The position numbers and the translations under genes are program-made. Of a stretch of 56,288 bases of DNA, positions 19,650 to 28,955 are shown piece after piece. The notes beneath the pieces are model-generated. The model was not told where the DNA came from. It ran no database searches and saw only the letters and a program-made list of their open reading frames with translations. The DNA comes from Alphaproteobacteria bacterium (lineage in GTDB: Bacteria; Pseudomonadota; Alphaproteobacteria; SHVW01): NCBI GenBank assembly GCA_009694085.1, contig SHVW01000004.1, forward strand, positions 1-56,288, read 5' to 3'. The stretch's first letter is position 1. The number at the start of each line of letters is the position of its first letter.

Positions 19650-20591
19650 ATGATCCGCTACATCGTCAAGCGCCTGGTTTTCGCGATCCCCACCCTGCTT
19701 GCGGTGTTGACGCTCGTTTTCGTGCTGGTCCGCATTGTGCCGGGCGATCCGGCCCAGACCATCTTGGGCGACCAGGCGAGCCAGGAAGCCTTGCAGGCCT
19801 TGCGCCAACGGCTTGGCGTGGACAAGCCGATCTTCGATCAATACGTGGATTTCATAAAGGGGGCACTGGTTGGCAATTGGGGAGAATCGCTCGTCACCGG
19901 CCGGCCCGTGTTGGCCGAGGTCTGGGCCGTGCTGCCCTATACGGTGGACCTGACGGTTGCCGCGATCCTGTTGGGCGCCCTGATCGGCATCCCCCTCGGC
20001 ACCTGGTCGGCGCTTCACCGCAACGAGGCGATCGACTACGCCACGCGCGTCATCTCGTTGCTCGGCCTGTCGTTCCCGGCCTTCGTGTCCGGCATCTTGC
20101 TATTGCTCGCCTTTGCCATCGAGCTCCGATGGTTCCCGGTGATCAGCGCGGGCAAGCTGGACGATCCGGTGGAGCGGCTGCGCAATCTGACACTGCCCGC
20201 CATCAATCTCGGCATCATTATGGCCGCCTATGTCACGCGGGTGACGCGATCTTCAATGCTAGAGGTGCTGGGCGAGGACTATATCCGCACCGCGCGCGCC
20301 AAAGGCGTACCCGATCGCGCCGTGATCTGGCGCCATAGCCTGCGCAACGCGCTGATCCCGGTGGTGACCGTAGTCGGTCTCTATCTCGGCATCCTGATCG
20401 GCAATTCCGTGCTGACCGAGATCGTGTTCAATCGGCCCGGCCTGGGCAAGCTGATCGTCGGCGCGCTCAATCAGCGCGACTACACCATGTTGCAGGGCTT
20501 GATGGTGGTCTATGCCTTTTTGATCGTCGCGGTCAATCTGATCACCGATTTGACCTATGGCTTCATCGATCCCCGAGTGAAACACGGATGA
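19650..20591 (+). CDS. ABC permease (DppB/OppB type)
   Basis: PGDPA, DYIRTARAKG, LRNALIP, E.VF..PGLG, DPRV. Confidence 0.95.
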   Translation: MIRYIVKRLVFAIPTLLAVLTLVFVLVRIVPGDPAQTILGDQASQEALQALRQRLGVDKPIFDQYVDFIKGALVGNWGESLVTGRPVLAEVWAVLPYTVDLTVAAILLGALIGIPLGTWSALHRNEAIDYATRVISLLGLSFPAFVSGILLLLAFAIELRWFPVISAGKLDDPVERLRNLTLPAINLGIIMAAYVTRVTRSSMLEVLGEDYIRTARAKGVPDRAVIWRHSLRNALIPVVTVVGLYLGILIGNSVLTEIVFNRPGLGKLIVGALNQRDYTMLQGLMVVYAFLIVAVNLITDLTYGFIDPRVKHG

Positions 20592-21472
20592 GCCGGGCCG
20601 CCGCCATTGGCCGCCGCCGCGGCTTCTCCCATGCGCTCGGCGAATTGCTGCGCGCCTTCAATACCAATGTCACCTCGTGGATAGGGCTCGGCATTTTCTT
20701 GACCATCGTGTTGCTCGCTATTCTGGCGCCGGTGCTAGCGCCATATGACCCGCTGGAGCAGAACATCGTCGCCCGGCTCAAGGGCCCGAGCGAGCAATTC
20801 TGGTTCGGCACCGATGTTTATGGCCGGGATATCCTGTCGCGCCTGCTCTACGGTGCCCGCGTATCCCTGATCATCGGCACGACGGCGACGCTGATCGCCA
20901 TGGTGGTGGGCAGCGCCATCGGCATCCTGTCCGGCTATGTCGGCGGACGCGTCGATCTGGCGATCATGCAGCTCATGGACGTGCTGATGTCGTTCCCCAC
21001 CTTGATCATGGGGCTGATGATCGTGGCGGTGTTGGGCGCCAGCATGGGCAATTTGATCTTCGCCATTGCGCTGACCGCCATCGCGCCCTTTGCCCGCATC
21101 GCGCGAGCGCCGACCATCGCCATCAAGCAGCGCGACTATATCGAGGCCTGTCGAGCGCTCGGCTATTCCGATCTGCGCATCATGGCGGTCCACATCCTGC
21201 CCAACGTGATGGCCGAAATCATGGTCATGGGCTCCCTCTGGCTCGCCACCTCGATCCGCGTCGAGGCGTCGCTGAGCTTCATCGGCCTCGGCCTCAAGCC
21301 CCCGACGCCGAGTTGGGGCGGCATGGTGCGCGAGGGGTTCGAGGTCATCCTGGACAATGCCTGGCTTTCGATCTTCCCCAGCCTTGCCATCCTGCTGATC
21401 ATTTTCGCCCTCAACATGCTGGGCGACGGCTTGCGCGACGCGGTCGATCCGAAGCTGCGCGGCGGCGAATAG
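20588..21472 (+). CDS. ABC permease (DppC/OppC type)
   Basis: FGTD.YGRDI.SR..YGAR.SL, HILPN, PSWG.M, GDGLRD..DP. Confidence 0.95.
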   Translation: MSRAAAIGRRRGFSHALGELLRAFNTNVTSWIGLGIFLTIVLLAILAPVLAPYDPLEQNIVARLKGPSEQFWFGTDVYGRDILSRLLYGARVSLIIGTTATLIAMVVGSAIGILSGYVGGRVDLAIMQLMDVLMSFPTLIMGLMIVAVLGASMGNLIFAIALTAIAPFARIARAPTIAIKQRDYIEACRALGYSDLRIMAVHILPNVMAEIMVMGSLWLATSIRVEASLSFIGLGLKPPTPSWGGMVREGFEVILDNAWLSIFPSLAILLIIFALNMLGDGLRDAVDPKLRGGE

Positions 21473-21474
21473 AG

Positions 21475-22479
21475 ATGGCGACGGCATTCAAGGTCGAACC
21501 GGCGGAGCCGGTACTGAGCGTCCAGGGCCTGACCACGTCGTTCCGGGTTTCCGGCGATTGGCACGCCGCCGTGCGCGACGTCAGTTTCGACCTCGCCCAT
21601 AACGAAACCCTGGCGCTGGTCGGCGAGTCCGGTTGCGGGAAAAGTATGACAGCGCTGTCCATCATGGGCCTCGTTCCGAAGCCCGCCGGTCGCATCACGG
21701 CAGGCCGCATCATGTTCGAGGGCAGCGATCTCGTATCTCTCGACCGGGAAGCCATGCGGCGGATTCGGGGCAATCGCATCTCCATGATCTTCCAGGAGCC
21801 GATGACCAGTCTGAATCCGGTTCTGACTGTGGGTTTTCAGGTTGCGGAGGCCTTGCGTTACCATCGCGCCATGGGCGGTGCCGAGGCCGACCGCGCCGCC
21901 CTCGACCTGCTCGAACAAGTGAAAATCCCGTCCGCTGCGCGCCGCTTCAAGGACTACCCGCACCAGTTTTCCGGCGGCATGCGTCAACGGGTCATGATCG
22001 CCATCGCGCTTGCCTGCCGGCCCCAAGTGCTGCTGGCGGACGAGCCAACCACCGCGCTCGACGTGACCATTCAGGCCGAGGTTCTCGCCTTGCTGGCGGA
22101 ACTTAAGCAGGCCTATGGCATGTCCATGGTGTTCATAACGCACAATCTAGGCGTGGTCGCCGCCATCGCCGACCGGGTTGCGGTGATGTATGCCGGCGAG
22201 ATCGTCGAGGTCGCCGCGGTACGCGAACTGTTCCGCCGGCCGCGCCACCCCTATACCGAACTGCTCTTGCGCTCGATTCCCCGGGTCGACCGCCATGTCA
22301 GCCATCTCGAAACCATCGAGGGCCAGGTACCCTCGATTGCCGCCATGCCGGCGGGGTGCCGTTTCGCGCCGCGCTGCCCCCTACGCGAGGCGCGTTGCGA
22401 CGCACCGCCACCCCTGGCAGGCGCGGCCCACCATGTTGTGCGCTGCTGGGTCCGTTCGGAAGGCGGCGGTCATGGCTGA
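21475..22479 (+). CDS. ABC ATP-binding protein (DppD type)
   Basis: Start moved to ATG 21475; [25 protein letters not shown]. Confidence 0.95.
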   Translation: MATAFKVEPAEPVLSVQGLTTSFRVSGDWHAAVRDVSFDLAHNETLALVGESGCGKSMTALSIMGLVPKPAGRITAGRIMFEGSDLVSLDREAMRRIRGNRISMIFQEPMTSLNPVLTVGFQVAEALRYHRAMGGAEADRAALDLLEQVKIPSAARRFKDYPHQFSGGMRQRVMIAIALACRPQVLLADEPTTALDVTIQAEVLALLAELKQAYGMSMVFITHNLGVVAAIADRVAVMYAGEIVEVAAVRELFRRPRHPYTELLLRSIPRVDRHVSHLETIEGQVPSIAAMPAGCRFAPRCPLREARCDAPPPLAGAAHHVVRCWVRSEGGGHG

Positions 22480-23443
22480 GATTCTATTGGCCGTCGAGCG
22501 CTTGAAGAAGTTTTTCACCGCCAAACGCGGCTTTCCCAATCCCGAGACCGTCACGGTTCGCGCACTGGACGAGATTTCATTCATGGTCAAACGCGGCGAG
22601 GCTTTCGGCCTGGTCGGTGAATCCGGTTGTGGAAAATCGACGGCGGGGCGCAGCATACTCCGGCTGGTCGAGCCGGATTCCGGCCGCGTGACCTATGCCG
22701 GCGAGGACATATTGGCGGCCGATGCCGCGCGGATGCGCGTGCTCCGGCAGAAAATGCAGATCGTGTTCCAAGATCCCTATGCCTCGCTGAACCCACGCCG
22801 CATGATCGGCAAGGCGCTGGCCGAACCGATGCTGGTGCACGGGTTGGGCACACCCACCGAGATAGAGGAACGGGTCGAAGCCTTACTCGCCGAAGTCGGG
22901 CTTCCGCCCGACTCGCGCTGGCGCTTTCCTCATGAGTTTTCCGGCGGCCAACGCCAGCGAATCGGCATCGCACGCGCGTTGACAGTCGGCCCCGAACTGG
23001 TGGTAGCCGACGAGCCGGTCTCCGCGCTCGACGTTTCCATTCAGTCCCAAATCCTGTTGCTGCTGCGCGGTCTTCAGGACAAGCACGGGCTCAGCTTCAT
23101 TTTCATCTCCCACGATCTCGGCGTCGTCCGCTGGTTCTGCCAGTCCATTGCAGTCATGTATCTCGGTCGCATCGTCGAGATCGGCCCGATCCCCGGTATT
23201 TTCGACGAGCCGCTTCATCCCTATACCCAGATGCTGCGCCGGTCCTCGCCTGTGCCCGATCCCGAAATCCGAATAGAACCCGCACGTTTTGGCGGCGAAG
23301 TGCCCTCAGCCGTCAACCCGCCCGCCGGCTGCCATTTCCATACGCGCTGCCCCCATGCGACCGACATCTGTCGCCAAATCTATCCGGCTTGGCGCGAGGT
23401 GGCGCCGGGCCGCGGCGTCGCCTGCCATCTCCACGGGTCCTGA
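22472..23443 (+). CDS. ABC ATP-binding protein (DppF type)
   Basis: Start moved to ATG 22472; [25 protein letters not shown]. Confidence 0.95.
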   Translation: MAEILLAVERLKKFFTAKRGFPNPETVTVRALDEISFMVKRGEAFGLVGESGCGKSTAGRSILRLVEPDSGRVTYAGEDILAADAARMRVLRQKMQIVFQDPYASLNPRRMIGKALAEPMLVHGLGTPTEIEERVEALLAEVGLPPDSRWRFPHEFSGGQRQRIGIARALTVGPELVVADEPVSALDVSIQSQILLLLRGLQDKHGLSFIFISHDLGVVRWFCQSIAVMYLGRIVEIGPIPGIFDEPLHPYTQMLRRSSPVPDPEIRIEPARFGGEVPSAVNPPAGCHFHTRCPHATDICRQIYPAWREVAPGRGVACHLHGS

Positions 23444-23507
23444 TTGGCATAAACCCCGCGCTGTGGCAGTCTCCGGCCTCACAAGAATTTCGAAGGACGA
23501 CACCGCC

Positions 23508-24122
23508 ATGATCGATCTCTATACCGGCCCAACCGGCAACGGCCAGCGCGCCGCCATTGCGCTCGAGGAAAGCGGCCTTGCCTATAAGACGACCAAGTAC
23601 AACCTGCAAAAGGGCGAGCACAAGAACCCGGATTTCCTCAAAATCAATCCGCTAGGCGCCATTCCGGCGATCGTCGACCACGATGGAGCCGGCGGTAAGA
23701 AGATCGTACTGACCCAGTCCGGCGCGATCGTTCTCTATTGCGCGGAGAAGTCGGGCAAGCTGCTGCCCAAGGATCCCGAGCGCCGCGCCCAGGCCTATCG
23801 CTGGTTCATGCACACCTCGACCGATGTGGGGCCGGCGAGCGGTGCCATTTTCGCGACCGGCAGCTTGCCAGACAAGCCGGCGAGCGCGGTTGAGCTGTTC
23901 CAGAAGCGCCTGATCAACCATCTGCGCGAATCCGATCGCCGGCTCGGCGAGGCGGAATACCTTGCGGGCGAGCTATCGATCGCCGATATCGCGCTCTATC
24001 CCATAGTTGCCAGCCGCAAGGCACTGATCGAGAAGGCCGGCGGCTTCACCAACCTGTTCAAATGGTTCGAGCGCATGTCGGCGCGGCCCGGCATCCAGAA
24101 AGGCATGCAGGTCTCGTCGTAA
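23508..24122 (+). CDS. Glutathione S-transferase (YfcG/YghU-like nu class)
   Basis: Start ATG 23508 (MIDLY..PTGNG), INP.G.IPAIVD, QSGAI..Y.AEK.GK, YLAGE.SIADI. Confidence 0.9.
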   Translation: MIDLYTGPTGNGQRAAIALEESGLAYKTTKYNLQKGEHKNPDFLKINPLGAIPAIVDHDGAGGKKIVLTQSGAIVLYCAEKSGKLLPKDPERRAQAYRWFMHTSTDVGPASGAIFATGSLPDKPASAVELFQKRLINHLRESDRRLGEAEYLAGELSIADIALYPIVASRKALIEKAGGFTNLFKWFERMSARPGIQKGMQVSS

Positions 24123-24125
24123 CGG

Positions 24126-24998
24126 CTAACGTTTCAGCCCGTAAACGCGGATCGCGGTGTCGCGCATGAGCTTGCGCTTGGCGGCGGGATCGAGGCCGAG
24201 ACCCTCGATCTCCCGCCTGGTGCGCGCGAAGTCCAGCACGGGGTAATCCGTGCCGAAGATCACCTTGTCCCGCCCATAGCTATTGATGTAGTGCACGAAG
24301 GCCTGCGGCCAGTATTTCGGGCTGTGAGCGTCGCTGCCGATATAGACGTTCGGATGCTTCCAAGCCATGGCGATCATCTCGTCGGTCCAAGGGATGCCGA
24401 TGTGGATGCCGATCAACTTGAGTTCGGGAAAGTCGCAGGCGACCGCGTCCAGCGCGATCGGCCGGCCGACGCTGCGGCAGGGATAGTCGGCCGCATAAAT
24501 CATGGACTGACCGACCTGCATTTGAATGGGGACGTCGAGTTCGCAGCACTTGGCGTAGAACGGATAGTATTTGGCATGATCGGGGGCCAACTCGAACCAG
24601 TGCGGATAGAGATGGGCGCCGATGAAACCGAATTCCTTGACCGCGCGTTCGAGTGCGCGCACGCCGGCCATGCCCTCGGTTGGATCGATGCCGGCCAGAC
24701 CGTAGAAGCGCGTGGGATAGCGGCGCACCGCCTCGACGACCACCTCGTAGGGTAGATGGTAGGTCGAGCGATGGCCGAGACGGCCTGCTTTAGTTGCGAT
24801 TAAGAAAGCCGCTTCGATATTCGCAGCATCGAGCCGTGCCACGAGATCGACGAGCGTGCCGCCCGCGGCGACATCGGACTTGACCTTCATTTTCCCTTGG
24901 AAGAATTGGTCACGCCATTGCGGCCGGAACTTCATCGCCTCGTCGGTCCACAGATTGACGACCGCGTCGATTGCGGGAATGTCGAATTCCTGGCCCAT
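24126..24998 (-). CDS. Amidohydrolase_2 family protein
   Basis: Start moved to ATG 24998; YP.YAKC.ELDVP, FPEL..I..H.G.PW, HPNVY, VIFGTDYP. Confidence 0.88.
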   Translation of the reverse strand: MGQEFDIPAIDAVVNLWTDEAMKFRPQWRDQFFQGKMKVKSDVAAGGTLVDLVARLDAANIEAAFLIATKAGRLGHRSTYHLPYEVVVEAVRRYPTRFYGLAGIDPTEGMAGVRALERAVKEFGFIGAHLYPHWFELAPDHAKYYPFYAKCCELDVPIQMQVGQSMIYAADYPCRSVGRPIALDAVACDFPELKLIGIHIGIPWTDEMIAMAWKHPNVYIGSDAHSPKYWPQAFVHYINSYGRDKVIFGTDYPVLDFARTRREIEGLGLDPAAKRKLMRDTAIRVYGLKR

Positions 24999-25017
24999 TT
25001 TTCGCCCCTTTCCCCAC

Positions 25018-26160
25018 TTACAGTCCCAGCTCCCGGGCAATCAAGTCGCGTTGGATCTCGTTCGTACCCTCGCCGAAACTGTAGAGCCGGCCATCGCGCC
25101 ACAGACGCTGCATATCGCTATCCGCAGCATAACCGGCGCTAGCCAGGAGCTGCATGCCTCGATCTGTAACGAACTGCAAGGTCTCGGTCGCTACCAACTT
25201 GGCCTGGGCCGCCTCGCGCCGACAGGACCGGCCGGTTTCGATCAACCAAGCCAAGCGCCACGCCATAAGGCGGGATTGGTCAACCCGGGTTTGCATATCG
25301 GCCAGCATGTGGCGCACGGCCTGGAACGAGCCGATGGGCTGGCCGAATTGGCGCCGCTCTTTGACATGGGCGAGCGCGATATCGACTGCCGCTTGGGCGG
25401 CACCCGTGACGGATGCCGCCATGCTGGCGCGCGCATAGTGCAGGGTGGACATGAGCGCCTTGAAACCTTCGTTCTCCCGGCCGATCAAGGCATCGGCGGC
25501 AACGATCACGCCGTCATAGCCGATATCCCAGGACGGCATGCAATTGTTGCCGATTTTGGCCAACTCGGTCATGGCGATGCCGGTGCTGACGCGCGGCACC
25601 AGCAGAAGCGAAATACCGGATGTCCCCATACTTCCCGGCGCGGTGCGGCATGGGGTCAGCAGATAATCTGCACCGCCAGCGTCGCTGATCCAGGTTTTCC
25701 GCCCGGTAATGCGCCAGCCCTCGGTAACCCGCTCCGCGCGCGTTCGAATGGCGCCCGCGTCGGTGCCGGCCTCGGGCTCGCTGAGCGCTAGGGCAATCAG
25801 GCAGCGTCCGGCGATCAGGCGCGGCGCCAGATCGGCCCGTTGCGCCGTTGTGCCGTTCTTTAAGATGGTCATCAGGCCGAAGGCAACGACGCGATTGCAG
25901 ATGGAAGCCGCGAAGTAGGCATGGCCGGCCAGACGTTCCTGGACCAGCGCCAGGGTCGTCCAGCCCAGACCGAGACCGCCATGCTCGACCGGCGCCGCCA
26001 ATCCGAGCACGCCCAATTCGGCCAGTGCCGGCAGCAGATCATAGGGCGGCACGCGGTCGCGGTCGCGCCGGCGCACTTCTGCCGGCGCCAGATGCCGGCG
26101 CGCGAAGCTGTCGATGCCGTCGAGTATCGCCTGTTGGTCCGGCGCGATCGCAAAATCCAT
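25018..26160 (-). CDS. Acyl-CoA dehydrogenase family protein
   Basis: Start moved to ATG 26160; ALSEPEAGTD, GRKTWIS, RRQFGQPIGSFQ, GEGTNEIQR. Confidence 0.93.
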   Translation of the reverse strand: MDFAIAPDQQAILDGIDSFARRHLAPAEVRRRDRDRVPPYDLLPALAELGVLGLAAPVEHGGLGLGWTTLALVQERLAGHAYFAASICNRVVAFGLMTILKNGTTAQRADLAPRLIAGRCLIALALSEPEAGTDAGAIRTRAERVTEGWRITGRKTWISDAGGADYLLTPCRTAPGSMGTSGISLLLVPRVSTGIAMTELAKIGNNCMPSWDIGYDGVIVAADALIGRENEGFKALMSTLHYARASMAASVTGAAQAAVDIALAHVKERRQFGQPIGSFQAVRHMLADMQTRVDQSRLMAWRLAWLIETGRSCRREAAQAKLVATETLQFVTDRGMQLLASAGYAADSDMQRLWRDGRLYSFGEGTNEIQRDLIARELGL

Positions 26161-26308
26161 CGGGCGTCCCTTATCCGCTGCGCACACCGTCCGACACGCG
26201 TCGCGGCTGTCACGCAGCTTGCCATGCCCGCGCGCAGGCGTCACAATGATTGATGCGGCCTCGGGTCGCGTCAAGCCTCGAACCCCCATATTTCATCGCA
26301 CCAACAAA

Positions 26309-27772
26309 ATGCTTTCATTCAATCTGGCCGCCGCTCTCGACCACCACGCCCGGGCGCGTCCGAACCACCCGGCCATCGTCGAGGGTGCGCGCGTCGTCAC
26401 CTATGGCGAACTCGCGAACCTCGTGCGGGGCTATGCCGCCTGGCTGATTGAGTTGGGCCTTAAACCCGGCGACATTGTCGGCGTAGCGTTGGCCGACACT
26501 GCGATCCATCTCGTCGCCCTTCATGCCCTGGCACGCCAGGGTTTCATCATCCTGCCCATGGATTGCCGGTGGACGCGCGAGGAGCAATCGCGCCTGGCCC
26601 GCGCCTTCGGCGCCCGGCTGGTTCTGTCGGAAGCCGGCGCTCCCACGCTCGATGGTGTGGCGACCGTATCCGGCCACGAGCTTCACTCTCCGCCCAGCGA
26701 TAGCGGCCCCGCCATCTTCGGCGACGACGAGACGCCGTTGCTGCTGTCGCTCTCTTCCGGCACGACCGGCCGGCCGCGCGGACCGCTGATCTGCCATCGC
26801 CATTTCAAGAGCCGGTTCGCCAATCACTGGGCCTCCCTGACCTTCAATCAGCACGACCGGTTTCTGTTGGCCACACCGCTTTATTTCGGCGGCGGCCGTA
26901 CCTTCGCCATGTCTTATATCTTCCTTGGCGGCACCGTTGTGTTCCGCCCACCGCCGGTCGAGCCGGCCGAGCTGGTGGACGCGGTTGCGCAGGCGCGCAT
27001 CACTTCGTTATTCCTGGTGCCGACCCAGCTACGCCGGCTGCTGGCCCTTCCCGCGCCGAACGGGCCGCTGATGCCGGGGTTGCGCGTGCTGGTGTCAAGC
27101 GGATCTATGCTGCATGCCCATGAGCGCGACGCCATCATGGCGCGGCTGACGCCGAATTGTTTCGAGTACTACTCCTCCACCGAAGGCGGCGGCATCTCGA
27201 TCCTGACCCCAGCGGAGCAACGGGCCAAGCCCGGCTCGGTCGGCCGTCCCGCATTTCTTGTCGATGTGGAGATCGCCGATAACAACCATCGCCCGCTGCC
27301 GCCCGGCGAAGTAGGCCGCATCCGCTATCGCGGCCCAGGCGTCGCCGAAGGTTTTCACAACGATGCCGAGGGTAGCCGAGACGCCTTCCATCGGGGCTGG
27401 TTCTATCCTGGCGATCTTGGGCGAATGGACGGGGACGGCTACCTCTATATTGTCGGACGCGCCAAGGACATGATCATCCGCGGCGGCGTCAACATCTATC
27501 CCGCCGAGATCGAACAAACCCTGCTCGACCATGCCAACGTTGCCGAGGCGGCCGTGGTCGGCTGGCCCGCGCCCGAACTGGGAGAAGAGGTCGTCGCCTT
27601 CGTTTCTGCGCGCGATATCGACGAGGCCGGACTGATCGCCCATTGCCGCGCCCGCCTCGCCCCATACAAGGTGCCCAAGCGCATCTTCATGACCGACGAC
27701 ATGCCCAAGAACGCGGCGGGCAAGATCGAAAAGACGAAGCTGGCAGCACGCCTGCCGCGCCAGGGAGGTTGA
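26309..27772 (+). CDS. AMP-forming acyl-CoA synthetase
   Basis: Start moved to ATG 26309; SSGTTGRPRG, YSSTEG, GDLG, GRAKDMIIRGG.N, YKVPK, GKI.K. Confidence 0.93.
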   Translation: MLSFNLAAALDHHARARPNHPAIVEGARVVTYGELANLVRGYAAWLIELGLKPGDIVGVALADTAIHLVALHALARQGFIILPMDCRWTREEQSRLARAFGARLVLSEAGAPTLDGVATVSGHELHSPPSDSGPAIFGDDETPLLLSLSSGTTGRPRGPLICHRHFKSRFANHWASLTFNQHDRFLLATPLYFGGGRTFAMSYIFLGGTVVFRPPPVEPAELVDAVAQARITSLFLVPTQLRRLLALPAPNGPLMPGLRVLVSSGSMLHAHERDAIMARLTPNCFEYYSSTEGGGISILTPAEQRAKPGSVGRPAFLVDVEIADNNHRPLPPGEVGRIRYRGPGVAEGFHNDAEGSRDAFHRGWFYPGDLGRMDGDGYLYIVGRAKDMIIRGGVNIYPAEIEQTLLDHANVAEAAVVGWPAPELGEEVVAFVSARDIDEAGLIAHCRARLAPYKVPKRIFMTDDMPKNAAGKIEKTKLAARLPRQGG

Positions 27773-27788
27773 CGGTCGGCATCCAGCC

Positions 27789-28859
27789 TCACAGCCGCCG
27801 ATATTTCCGCATGACATCCTGAACACGATCCAGCGGCAGGGCATGCACGGTCCGGCTGCGGAATCCGGTCATGGTTTCGGCCCCAGTCATGGCGTTGAGG
27901 ATGGCTTCCTCCGTCGCCTCCGCCGCCGCTTGGAACAATCCGGTCATGCGGTCGGGCGCCAGCATGCGCACGGTGCTGATGGGTTCGCCATGACGGATGC
28001 GGTTGCCCGTGGCGAAGGCGAGGAAGATGTCGCCGCTGCCATTGCCGCCGATACCGCCGACCCAAGCAAGCCCCGTCGTCGCGCGGCGCGCCAGGCGCTG
28101 GCACTGGATAGGCAAGAGCGGCGCATCGGTCGCCAGGATGACGATGATCGAGCCGCCCTCGCCCATGCCGCGCTTGGGCGAGGGAATTTCCGAGATCGGA
28201 ATCTCTAGGCCGACGGGCACGCCGGCGATGCGCAGCAATTCGCGTTGGCCGTAATTGGCCTGAACGATGGCCCCGACCGTAAAAGATTCGCCACCCTCGG
28301 TCGCGACGCGGGACGCCGTGCCGGTACCGCCCTTGAACTCGTGGGCGATCATGCCGGTGCCGCCGCCCACATTGCCCTCGGCAATAGGGCCGGTAGCAGC
28401 GGCATCGAGCGCCTGGAAGGCCAGCTCCTTGGTCACGGCGAAGCTGGCGATATCGCTCAGCCAGCCGTCATAGGTTTCGCCCGCGACGGGCAGATGAAAA
28501 TCCTGGGGGGCGCCCATTTTCACGGTATTAGCGATGATGGCGTCGCGCACGATACCGACATCGTAGGTGTTGGTGATGCCGATCGGGTTGTTAAGCAGGC
28601 CTTGCTCGGCGATCCAGACCAACCCGGTCATTTCGCCATTGCCGTTGAAAGAATGACCGCCGGCAAAGACATGTTCCGTACCGATGTCACGGCCATTGGG
28701 CCAGATCATGGTCACGCCGGTACGCACGACATGGGGCGTATCGCGGATCAGATTGGCATAACCGACGAGTACGCCGCTCACGTCGGTAATCGCATTGTGC
28801 GGTCCCGTCGGCAACTGACCGACGGCGATGCCGAGATCGCGCAGGCGCTTGCGGGCCAT
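27789..28859 (-). CDS. dmpA: P1 (S58) family peptidase, DmpA/BapA-type aminopeptidase
   Basis: Start moved to ATG 28859; G..NAITDV.GV.VG, NGNGEMTG, GETYDG.L.DI, GGGTGM, G-SII autocleavage site, SGDIF.AF.T.N, EEAI.N. Confidence 0.85.
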   Translation of the reverse strand: MARKRLRDLGIAVGQLPTGPHNAITDVSGVLVGYANLIRDTPHVVRTGVTMIWPNGRDIGTEHVFAGGHSFNGNGEMTGLVWIAEQGLLNNPIGITNTYDVGIVRDAIIANTVKMGAPQDFHLPVAGETYDGWLSDIASFAVTKELAFQALDAAATGPIAEGNVGGGTGMIAHEFKGGTGTASRVATEGGESFTVGAIVQANYGQRELLRIAGVPVGLEIPISEIPSPKRGMGEGGSIIVILATDAPLLPIQCQRLARRATTGLAWVGGIGGNGSGDIFLAFATGNRIRHGEPISTVRMLAPDRMTGLFQAAAEATEEAILNAMTGAETMTGFRSRTVHALPLDRVQDVMRKYRRL

Positions 28860-28955
28860 GATATCCTCCCCGAGTGTGGCCTTCAGCCATGCCATGGGTC
28901 ACGCGCGGTTTCAATGCTCCCACCGCCGCCGAATTAGCCGTAACATCGGCCCGCC

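Noticed and set aside
17802-20018. 738-aa minus-strand ORF
   Set aside because: Antisense shadow of the SBP and permease genes; no motifs; expected in GC-rich DNA with strong codon bias.
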